The notes under the pieces are model-generated. The model had not been told where the DNA came from. It saw nothing but the letters and a program-made list of their open reading frames with translations, and searched no databases. The translations under genes and the position numbers were made by a program. Below are positions 21,484 through 29,768 of a DNA stretch of 64,000 bases, one piece after another (within the stretch, counting starts at the first letter, position 1; each line of letters starts with the position of its first letter). The stretch lies in the NCBI GenBank assembly GCA_000092065.1, contig CP000583.1. One strand, given 5' to 3'. This stretch comes from Ostreococcus lucimarinus (taxonomy: Eukaryota).

Positions 21484-22368
21484 CTACCAACCATCTGAAG
21501 TTAAATCGCCGCTCATACTGGCCTCGACTTGTCGCAGCGTTCCGTTATCATACAAAATCATATCGTGGCGGCTTTGCACGCTCAACAGCAAACCAGGCTG
21601 CCCACCGAGCACCTTAGTCAACGTTTCGTCGTCCGTTACGCTCAGCTTTTCCTTCAACGCCTCGATGTTCTCTCGAAAGTCGCGAACGTCCCACAGCTCT
21701 GGGAAATCCGAAAGAATCTTGTCCCATCGCAAGCGCGGCGCGCACGCGCGCAAATCACTGATCTTCTTTTGCAGCTCATCCGCATCAGCGAGCAATAAAC
21801 TCGGCCTCGCCGCGACCATCCTTTCCAAATTCGCCTCTGGTAAGATGTCTTTCAATCGAATCATCGCCAAAGCCACGTCTGGCACGCGCGCCGCCAGCCG
21901 CGTCACGTCCGCGATCCTAATGTCCCCCATCCGCCCCTCCAGCCCCGGCACGAGCGTAAACAACTGCGCCAGCCGCTTCCCAACCTCATCCTCGTCGATT
22001 CCGAGCTCATCGCTCACCGTCATCACGCAAAACCGCATCTTCCCGGCGTCGTCCCAGCCCGGCTGTTCGCTGATGTTCTCCGAAGCCTCCTCCTCTCCCA
22101 CGATGTCCCCCAATTCGTTCACCAAGTGCGCCTTACGCTTCGACTTATACGTCCCGACGTTCCACGTCCCATCCGCGAGCTCACGCAGCGCGCCGATCGC
22201 GTCCTCGGTGACTCGCTCGCCCTCCGTCGCCCGCGCGGTGGCGCGTTCGCGTCCCGAACCACACCATCGCGCGCGCGCGCGTCGCGCCGTCGTCGTCGTC
22301 GTCGTCGTCAGCGCGCGCGTCATCGTCGACGCCGACGGACTCGCGGTCGTTCGCACCACCAACGCCAT
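21484..22368 (-). CDS. mTERF-domain-like protein (tentative). The likely ATG is at 22368 or 22323; the track ORF extends to 22509
   Basis: Repeated helical motifs with P.LL..S spacing (RMVAARPSLLLADADELQKKISDL, TKVLGGQPGLLLSVQSR, VPDVALAMIRLKDILPEANL) recall mTERF repeats. The N-terminus contains a poly-Thr tract encoded by the (GTC/GAC)n microsatellite at ~22290-22440. Confidence 0.4.
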   Translation of the reverse strand: MALVVRTTASPSASTMTRALTTTTTTTARRARARWCGSGRERATARATEGERVTEDAIGALRELADGTWNVGTYKSKRKAHLVNELGDIVGEEEASENISEQPGWDDAGKMRFCVMTVSDELGIDEDEVGKRLAQLFTLVPGLEGRMGDIRIADVTRLAARVPDVALAMIRLKDILPEANLERMVAARPSLLLADADELQKKISDLRACAPRLRWDKILSDFPELWDVRDFRENIEALKEKLSVTDDETLTKVLGGQPGLLLSVQSRHDMILYDNGTLRQVEASMSGDLTSDGW

Positions 22369-22566
22369 CGTCGTCGTCGTCGTCGTCGCGCGTCGTCGTG
22401 CGTCGTCGCGCGTCGTCGCGCGTCGCCGTCGCCGCGTCGCCGTAGGCGCCGCGCGCGGTGTGATTATCGACGAATCGCGAATGCGCGGTGCGCGCGGTCT
22501 GCGCGGCACACCGCGCCGACGCCGCGACTCGACCGATCGACCGAGCGAGCGACCGAGACATAAACC

Positions 22567-24253
22567 ATGGGCGTGTGTGGATCATCGCCCGCGGTGCCGG
22601 TGCGTCGCGCGACGCGAACGCGAACGACGCGAACGACGCGTGTGGAATAATCGTGGCGTCGAATTGCCACGTTGAATTCCCGCGCGCGATCGAGCGCGCG
22701 ACCGCGATGGGAACGCGCGATGAGGCGATGAGAACGGTGATAGGGGCGTGAAGAGCGAGACGTGAATCGAGACTGACCGCGCGCGTGATCGTTGACGCGT
22801 TTCGCGCGAGTAGTATGAGGAAACGAATAAGCGGACGGGGAAGCAGAATCCCGTGGGGAAAACCGCGCGACCGTCGAGCGTGCTCGGACGGGAAACGCCG
22901 GATGTGAATGATTTATTTGAGTTCCACGAAGAACTTGGACGCGGTCAGTTCGGGACGACGTTCTTGGTGACAGAAAAGGCGACCGGTCGTAAGTGCGCGT
23001 GCAAGGCTATCTCTAAGCGTCAATTGTCGAACGCCGAGGACATTGAAGAGGTGAGAAATGAAGTGAGAATTCTTCATCACCTCGCCGGTCACGAGCACGT
23101 CGTCGAACTCGTCGGTGCGTATGAAGGAAGCAAGCACGTGTACATCGTCATGGAACTCTTGTCCGGCGGCGAATTGTTCGATCGCATTGTTGAAAAGGGC
23201 AAGTACAGTGAAAAGGACGCGTCCGAGACGGTGCGCACCATCGTTGAAACTGTTCAATACTGCCACGAGTTGAGCGTCATGCACCGTGATTTGAAGCCTG
23301 AAAATTTTGTCTTGAAGAATAAGGATAAGAATTCTCCGGTCTGCGCTATCGATTTCGGTTTATCTACGTTCTTCCGCGAGAACCAAGTCTTCATGGATCT
23401 TGTCGGGAGCCCGTACTACGTTGCGCCGGAAGTATTGCGTCGTCGATACTCAAACGAATCCGACGTCTGGTCATGCGGTATCATCCTTTACATTCTCTTG
23501 TCTGGTGTCCCGCCGTTCTGGGCTCAAACCGAGCAAGGAATTTTCGACGCCATCTTGCAAGGCGCACTGGATCTCGAGAGCGACCCATGGCCGAAGATCA
23601 GTGCGGAGGCGAAAGAACTCATCTCTGGCATGCTCCAAGCGGACCCGAAGAAGCGCCTGACGGCGGCTCAAGTGTTGAAACACCCGTGGGTGGCTGATCC
23701 GAACGTTGCGCCGAAGACAAAGCTAGACAACGTCGTGTTCAAGCGGTTCAAGAACTTTGCTGGTATTTCCAAGTTCAAGAGGATGGGTTTGATGGCGATG
23801 GCTCGCACCATGACTGCGGACGAAGTCGCTGGCTTGAGAGAACTCTTCAAGAGCTTCGATACCGACAACTCTGGTACGATTTCCATCGACGAACTTCGCC
23901 AAGGCTTGAAACTCAAGTCTGCGGGTCCCGCAATGGAGGAACTCCGCACACTCATGAAGACTATTGACGTCGATGGCAGCGGCGAACTTGACTACGAAGA
24001 GTTCATTGCCGCTACGCTCGCGCAATCGAGACAAGCGTCCGACGCCGCTGTGAGACGCGCTTTTGATTACTTTGATACCGATGGGGATGGTTCCATCACG
24101 GTGCAAGAATTTGAACAAGCCTTCAAAAAGATGTCTGATGTTGAGCGTGCCAACTTGGGAGACATTGGCGAGTTGATTGCCAGCGCCGACACTGACGGTG
24201 ATGGTTGCATCGATTTCAACGAGTTTATGGCTATGATGAAAGCGGACAAGTAG
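22567..24253 (+). CDS. CDPK: Calcium-dependent protein kinase (CDPK): Ser/Thr kinase domain, junction, four EF-hands. Two exons: 22567..22599 and 22814..24253
   Basis: The ORF 22853..24253 has a GTG (not ATG) track start and no in-frame ATG before the kinase GRGQFG loop. The kinase motifs (HRDLKPENF, DFGLS) and four EF-hand loops (DTDNSGTIS, DVDGSGELD, DTDGDGSIT, DTDGDGCID) are clear. Upstream ATG 22567 encodes MGVCGSSPAVP, an N-myristoylation (G2) plus palmitoylation (C4) consensus typical of CDPK N-termini. It is followed by GTGCGT. ACTGAC lies at 22772-22777 and TAG| at 22811-22813, restoring the kinase frame. Confidence 0.8.
22600..22813 (+). other. intron (214 nt) of CDPK: donor CCG|GTGCGT, acceptor GAGTAG|TAT
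   Basis: Model based on frame restoration and motif pattern. The first usable YAG downstream of ACTGAC (branch A at 22776, 36 nt upstream). Confidence 0.55.
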
Positions 24254-24459
24254 GCTGCGCGCGCTTCGCTGGGCCGTATTTAATACTGCCGGTACTTTAT
24301 TTTCAATCTCTCGTTTTTCATATAATTAACAAGAAGGTAACGTAAATGAGAAACGAAGCGCTCCGCGCTCGTCGCTCGCAACCAACGCGCAAACATTTGC
24401 CATCGCGTACTATCGTAGACGAACGGCGACGAAACCATCGTAACAGAAGGCGCGACTGA

Positions 24460-25057
24460 TTAAACGCCCACCTTGACGAGCTCCATCTCGAAAATGAGCA
24501 CGGAGTCCGGCTTGATGAGCGGCGTAGGGGATGATTTACCGTACGCCAGCTCGGACGGAATTACGAGTTCCCACTTATCGCCCTCCTTCATGAGCTGCAT
24601 CGCCTCGGTCCAGCCACTGATGACTTGATTCGGCGCGAACGTCGTCGGTTGACCGCGCTTGTACGACGAATCAAACTCCTCGCCCTGGATATTCTTCCCA
24701 GAGTAGTGACACGAGCACGGCGTCGACTTCGAGGGCGAGGGCCCACCCTCCGGTCCAGATTTCAAAACGCGATACTGCAACCCCGACGGCAGCTCGACCA
24801 CGCCCGGTTTCAACTTATTGGCCTGCGTCGCGCGACGAACCATCGTCGTCAGTCCACATCGCGTCGTCGGACGCGTCCGGTTCGTCGAGTCATCGAACCA
24901 TCCCATCATCGCGCGCGCGCATTCGTTCGCCGCGCACCGCGAGAAACGCCGCGCCGTCGCTCTTCGCGTCCGCCATGCCGCCGACGAACGCGCAACCGAT
25001 CAACGCGATCACCGCCAGGACGAGCGCGAGCGTCGTCGATCGTCGCCCGCGAGCCAT
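24460..25057 (-). CDS. FKBP-type peptidyl-prolyl isomerase with N-terminal signal peptide (secretory/ER-type). Exons 25057..24938 and 24822..24460
   Basis: FKBP domain (LPSGLQYRVLKSGPEG...FDSSYKRGQPTTFAPNQVISGWTEAMQLMKEGDKWELVIPSELAYG...LIFEMELV). Upstream ATG 25057 (out of frame with the domain) encodes MARGRRSTTLALVLAVIALIGCAFVGGMADAKSDGAAFLA, i.e. a signal peptide. It is followed by GTGCGC; removing 24823..24937 (115 nt, ACTGAC 24 nt before CAG|) joins it in-frame to ANKLKPGVVELPSGLQY. Alternative: a cytosolic form starting at ATG-ATG 24909. Confidence 0.75.
24823..24937 (-). other. intron (115 nt) of FKBP: donor GCG|GTGCGC, acceptor CGCAG|GCC
   Basis: Frame-shifting intron (length 1 mod 3), consistent with the two ORF frames. 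Contains GACTGACG and GATGGTTCG (x2). Confidence 0.55.
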
Positions 25058-25077
25058 CGCGGAGTGCGGATTCGCCG

Positions 25078-25145
25078 ATCGCGCGCGCGTCGACCGATCG
25101 ATCGACCGATCGATCGATCGATCGACCGATCGATCGACCGACCGC
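25078..25145. repeat. (CGATCGAC)n-type microsatellite in the FKBP / GATA-gene divergent spacer
   Basis: cgaccgatcgatcgaccgatcgatcgatcgatcgaccgatcgatcgaccgacc seen directly. Confidence 0.85.
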
Positions 25146-25341
25146 GTCGAGCGTCGGCCGAATCCGATCGCGACGCGACGATTCGATTCGTCACACTGGT
25201 CGAGACGCGCGTCGAGACGCGCGCGCGCGCTCGACGCGCGCGCGGCACACGACGACGACGACGCGCGCGGCGCGCGACGAGTGATTTTTAGAGAAAGCTC
25301 GCGCGCGCGACGCGACGCGACGCGACGAGGGCGCGGCGGGG

Positions 25342-27313
25342 ATGACGGCGAAGAAACGCGCGGAGGAACGCGCGAGGCGAGGGGAGACGAAGCGCTGCGG
25401 CAACGCGCCGTGCGGGAGCGAGGTGGGACGATCGATCGGCGCGATCGCGGACGACGGGACTGACGATGATTGGTAATCGTGCGCGCAGGAGACGCCGATG
25501 TGGCGTAAGGGGTGGATCGATGATGATGGGGTTGAGGTGGACTTGTGTAACGCGTGCGGTGCGCGGCGCGCGCGCGACGAGACGAAGACGACGCGAAAGC
25601 GCGCGGACGACGATGCGCGTGACACGCGACTGACGCGCGCGCGCTTGAATCGTAGGTTTGATTTTCAAGCGAGGGTGGTGGTGCGCGTGGTGTGCGTTGC
25701 CGTATCGCAAAGTGGGTGAAAACGATGAGGCGTTGCGTTCGCGGTGGGTTCCTTGCGAGTATTGTCATCGGTTTACACATTACGACTGCGAGAAACGCGA
25801 AGCGCCGGAGGCTTTGGAGGCTGAGCGATACGCGTGTCCGACGTGCAGAAATTTGAAAAAACTTCCGAAGCCTGCGAAAGAGATTGACCCCCCGAAGAGC
25901 TCGGAGGCGCAAATGATCGATGGACTTTTGGTGGTGATTCGTCCGTACGATCGAGCGCCGAAGAAATTCGACGAGGTCGGGGAAGTAAAGATCGTCAAGA
26001 AGACCGCGCATCGCCCGAGCGTGTCCACGAAACGTCCACGAAGTGCAGATGGGAAATCAAGCCGCACCGCACGAGTGCTCAAGTCGTCGTCTTCGGAGAA
26101 AGAGAAGAAGAAGCTTCCGTTATCGTCGAATGCGCCGCGGCGCGCAGTGTCAAAATCGATTCGCGGAGGCAAGCCGACGGGGCTCGCATCACTGGCCAAG
26201 GTGGCGACTCGAGTGTTACCAGAGCGTATGGTTCGATCTGAAGCTTACAAACGCGCGCAAGCAGCAGAGGAAGCGAAAGAGGAGGAGCTCGCATTGAGTA
26301 CTCGTCGAAGCGGACGCGCGCCAAAGGAGTTGGCGAAGGCCGCCGGGCAAGATTTCTTGCACGAACCTCGACATCAATCTCGTCCAAGTCAACCAGTTTT
26401 TCGAAGCGGTGTCCGTCAGCAGTCAACTGTCAATGAATCGTTGTACGCCGAACCTTTTTACGGTCAACACGGTGGTCTTGGTTTCGCCGCATCCATGGAA
26501 GCGCGATTGGTACACAACGAATTGTCACCGCAAGGCGTCCTGTATCCCGAAGAAACGGGTGGTATGGTTGGTCCGCTACGTACGTTGGGTATGGGTACTA
26601 AGACTCCGGATCAAACCTTCGTTCGACGACCCCCGCTCGCTCCAAAGCAGCAACGCGGGTCTCCAAAAGTTCCAGACCAATTGACGTCTTCGACGGTGAA
26701 GAAGTCAATTCGTCGGGAAAGCGGAGGGCGCGCGGAAGAACACGAGCTCATGACGGTTGCATCACAATTGATCGAGGCACAGTGTGAAGCATACGATCAA
26801 TACACGGTCACAATCAATGTTTGTAGACTGCTGAACAAGCTCGACGTGATGCGCGGATACACGACGCGCGATATGATCGTCAAGTTCAATTTGCATCGCA
26901 TCGTTGGAGATCTCTTGATGAATGATGACATTCGCATCCGTCTTGCGGCTGACAAGTTGCTGAAAATTCCATCATGGCGCGAGGCTATCTGCGGAAACGC
27001 GACGCCTCAGCGTTCGATGCAATTGCCCGTGATGCCGACGCACCAGCCTTTCGCATCGTTACAAGCCGCTCCTTCGATGGAGGCGGCTGCACCGCCGACG
27101 CATATCGTGAGCAAGCCCGTACCACGACGTCCTCGAGCGCCACGCGAAGCGAAAGCAATGGCCTTAATGGCGTCGCAGTCTTCACCCACCGAGACGATCA
27201 CTCCACCTCAGACTCAGTATCCGTACTTTGAGACGGCGAGCCAGGATGTCGCTGACATCGACAACGCGCTCTTGCTCTCTGGTGGTCAAGATGCGAGTCA
27301 ACGAATGATTTAG
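25342..27313 (+). CDS. GATA-like zinc finger + PHD-like (C4HC3) finger protein, at least 3 exons: 25342..25422, 25489..25558, 25656..27313. 5' end uncertain
   Basis: The frame-1 segment encodes ETPMWRKGWIDDDGVEVDLCNACG (GATA signature TP.WR...LCNACG). The frame-2 ORF encodes LIFKRGWWCAWCALPYRK...WVPCEYCHRFTHYDCEKRE...YACPTC (PHD-like); its track start is a TTG. Two short introns with donors GTGGGA/GTGCGC each have ACTGAC 22-27 nt upstream of the first YAG. Intron 2 splits the Gly codon of LCNACG (G|GT). The first Cys pair (CGNAPC) lies in exon 1. Confidence 0.5.
25423..25488 (+). other. intron (66 nt) in GATA/PHD gene: donor GAG|GTGGGA, acceptor CGCGCAG|GAG
   Basis: Removes an in-frame TAA that interrupts the zinc finger. 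ACTGAC at ~25457-25462. Confidence 0.45.
25559..25655 (+). other. intron (97 nt) in GATA/PHD gene: donor TGCG|GTGCGC, acceptor TCGTAG|GTT
   Basis: Joins frame 1 to frame 2 and regenerates the Gly codon of LCNACG. ACTGAC at 25628-25633, 22 nt upstream of the AG. Confidence 0.55.
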
Positions 27314-27346
27314 AAGAAATGTGCGCGTGAATTTTACTACACTCTA

Positions 27347-28870
27347 CTAAAGTTCGTCTCGAACGCTCGGATTCGCACTCGTGCCTTCTTCGCCCAAAAG
27401 GTCTTCATCTTCTTTGTCAGCATCTTCGTTGGCGTCTTCCATAACGTTGTCTTCGGGAATTGGTGGTGTTGGTTTCGGAGGCTGCGGCGGTTTCTTTTGT
27501 TTGGCATCGAACGTCCAACCCGCGGGTTTTGATTTCGGCAAACGCGCCGATCCTCGCGGTGCCTTTGGAGATGACGAGTCACACTGCGCGACTTCGCGCT
27601 CAAGCATCGCGTTGCGTTGTCTCAACGCGAGGTTTTCCTTTTGAAGCGTTTCGAGCTCCTCTAATGAGCCAGCGGCTTCGGTGTATTCGTTCGCCATATC
27701 ACGATGAGCCGCGGTGAGTCCCGCGAGACCGCACAACCATTGCTCAGGGACGAGAGTTTTGTCACCCTTACCGTGACCGTCGAGCAAATCGAGCAAATCG
27801 GCTTTGATGAATTCCCACGCGCTTGGCGGCGGCATCAACTCGTAAGCTTGCTCTTCTTGACCTTCCACCGCTTGCGCATACTCGGGATGAATTGAGTTCG
27901 CAGCGAGCTCCCAAACGGCGTTTGCGCATACGACATCGATCGTCGATTCCATCATCGCTGCGTATCCGAGTTCGCGCTCGGCCTCAATCAAAGTCTCGGC
28001 GATTTCGTAATAGTTAAGCGTTTCGTTTTGTCGACGAATCAATCTCACCTCTACTCGTTTCGCATGATCATCGTCTTCTATGCTTTCCATCTTCGGCACG
28101 AATAACAACCCGGCGACCCCTGCTTCGTGAAATGGCAATCCCATGATGTACCTCGATCCGACGAGCGACGACGCCCTGGCGTACGCCACCTTCCCGTCGA
28201 ACGATTTTGCCAACACTTTCAACCACGGCACCTCCTCCAATAAAATCGCCCGCACTACCGTCTCATTACGTTCGACAAACTCTAACACTTCGTGTCTCGA
28301 GCGCACCTCCTCCACCTCCTCGAATCGATTCTCTGGAACGTACTTCACCAGCCAATTCGCCAACGCGGCGCCGTCGGTCGCGTCCCCTTCGAACATGTGC
28401 ATCTCGTTACTTATCGCCAGCGCGATGAACCCGCACCCCGCCTTCCTCGCTCTCGCGCGCATCCCGTGTCGATCCGTTGGTTTCGAGAGCGCCTTCACCT
28501 CCGCGATTCTCGACACATCCGTCCCTTCGTGCGTCGCCTCCGCCACGACGACGTCTCGCAGTCGTCCCGCGCCGTCGATCGCCCGCGCGAACCGTCGCCA
28601 CGACGCTTTCACGCTCGAGCCCTCGCAATACGACGACGTGTCTTCGGGAAACACACCGAGGACGTAATCTGCGCTGGCGCTCATGAGCTTCATCTCGATC
28701 TCGACGAATCGCACGCGCGCGACGGTTTTCGGCAGCGCCAGCGCGGTGTCGTTCGCGTCGCCTCCTATGGCGAACGCGTGCGCTCGAGGCGCGTCCGCGC
28801 GCGACGAGCGAACCATCAGCGCGCATGCGACCGCCAGCGCGCACGCGCGCGCGAGGCGACGACGTCTCAT
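27347..28870 (-). CDS. ER-lumenal protein of unknown function (signal peptide + C-terminal RDEL)
   Basis: The likely ATG at 28870 encodes MRRRRLARACALAVACALMVRSSRA (cleavable signal). The C-terminus ...SVRDEL is a KDEL-type retrieval motif. About 507 aa with a coiled-coil segment (EELETLQKENLALRQRNAMLEREV). No recognisable catalytic motif (no CxxC). The track ORF start 29014 is a GTG. Confidence 0.5.
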   Translation of the reverse strand: MRRRRLARACALAVACALMVRSSRADAPRAHAFAIGGDANDTALALPKTVARVRFVEIEMKLMSASADYVLGVFPEDTSSYCEGSSVKASWRRFARAIDGAGRLRDVVVAEATHEGTDVSRIAEVKALSKPTDRHGMRARARKAGCGFIALAISNEMHMFEGDATDGAALANWLVKYVPENRFEEVEEVRSRHEVLEFVERNETVVRAILLEEVPWLKVLAKSFDGKVAYARASSLVGSRYIMGLPFHEAGVAGLLFVPKMESIEDDDHAKRVEVRLIRRQNETLNYYEIAETLIEAERELGYAAMMESTIDVVCANAVWELAANSIHPEYAQAVEGQEEQAYELMPPPSAWEFIKADLLDLLDGHGKGDKTLVPEQWLCGLAGLTAAHRDMANEYTEAAGSLEELETLQKENLALRQRNAMLEREVAQCDSSSPKAPRGSARLPKSKPAGWTFDAKQKKPPQPPKPTPPIPEDNVMEDANEDADKEDEDLLGEEGTSANPSVRDEL

Positions 28871-29090
28871 CGCTCGAGGCGCGGAATGCAGGTCGAACGC
28901 CAACCGGATTACCGTCGACGCCGGCGGATTACGGTTGGCGACGCGTCGTCGAAGTCGCGATGCGTTCGCTAGATATTGTATCCTCGTATTACATTCATGC
29001 GTGCATTCATTCACTCATTCATTCACTCACTCATCGCGCCGTTTCATCAATCATCCGTCGCGTCGCGTCGCCGCGCGACGGTCGCCGCCC

Positions 29091-29591
29091 TCACGCGCGC
29101 TTCTCCTTCGCCTTCGACGCCTCTCTCAACTCGCTCAGCTCGCTTCGCATCCCCAACCAAAACATCAGCGCTCCCACGAGGGCGATGTTCTTAAAAAACA
29201 TAATCATTTCGATTCCCGCCGTCGCCTCGTCGCCCAGCACCGCGGCTTCGCTCGCGCTTCGCCAAAACGGATGCATCGCGAGCGACACGCTCAGCGTGAA
29301 CAGAATCAACATCTTCGCCCCGAGCGCGTACCCGCACGCGAAGAGCGCGGATCCCGCGAGCTCCACGACCGTCGCCGCTCTCACCAGCGCGTGATCGCTC
29401 GGAAGCAGCGCGCAGAGATCGACGCCGACGTTGGCGTTGATTGAAGATTTGAGCGACCGCAGCGCCGGCGTGACGGATTGGAAGAGCGCGGCGTCGGCGC
29501 CGTGCGCGCGAAGGGCGCGCCATTTCTCCAGGGCGCTGGCGAGGAAGATGAAAGAGAAGAGCGCGCGGCCGATGGCGGTGGTCGCGGCCAT
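29091..29591 (-). CDS. Small four-helix membrane protein, DoxX-like (tentative). ATG at 29591
   Basis: MAATTAIGRALFSFIFLASALEKW..., then three further hydrophobic helices and a basic/acidic C-terminal tail. Similar topology to the ORF at 7018..7587. The track start 29681 is a TTG. Confidence 0.4.
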   Translation of the reverse strand: MAATTAIGRALFSFIFLASALEKWRALRAHGADAALFQSVTPALRSLKSSINANVGVDLCALLPSDHALVRAATVVELAGSALFACGYALGAKMLILFTLSVSLAMHPFWRSASEAAVLGDEATAGIEMIMFFKNIALVGALMFWLGMRSELSELREASKAKEKRA

Positions 29592-29768
29592 GGTCGCGTC
29601 GAGGAGTGACGCGGCGGTCGAAGCGAGCGCGCGAGCGCGTGATTCGACCGATTGGCGCGTTTGAAGCGTTGGATTGGACAAACAACAGCCGCGTGTGTTG
29701 GGTTATTAAAATCGTCTCGAGCGTGTCTTCGCTTGGTGCGACGCGATTTCGACGCCATGAATGTGCGC

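Noticed and set aside
22809-22819. Alternative CDPK acceptors at 22810 (GAG|) or 22819
   Set aside because: 22810 would put an in-frame TAG at the exon start, and GAG is a poor acceptor. 22819 is possible but is not the first YAG after the branch motif. 22813 (TAG|) is preferred.
22853-22855. Taking ORF-track 'M' positions as start codons (e.g. 2500, 22853, 25658, 29014, 29681, 37563, 39205, 47397, 50371, 62962)
   Set aside because: The underlying codons are TTG/GTG. True ATGs were located downstream in-frame, or in upstream exons.
24823-24937. tRNA-like GGTTCGA T-loop motifs in introns
   Set aside because: GGTTCG occurs, but without the flanking ~72-nt cloverleaf complementarity or the GTGG/TTCGAATCC spacing of tRNAs. 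These are intron motif copies, not tRNA genes. I recognised no tRNA or rRNA anywhere in the window.
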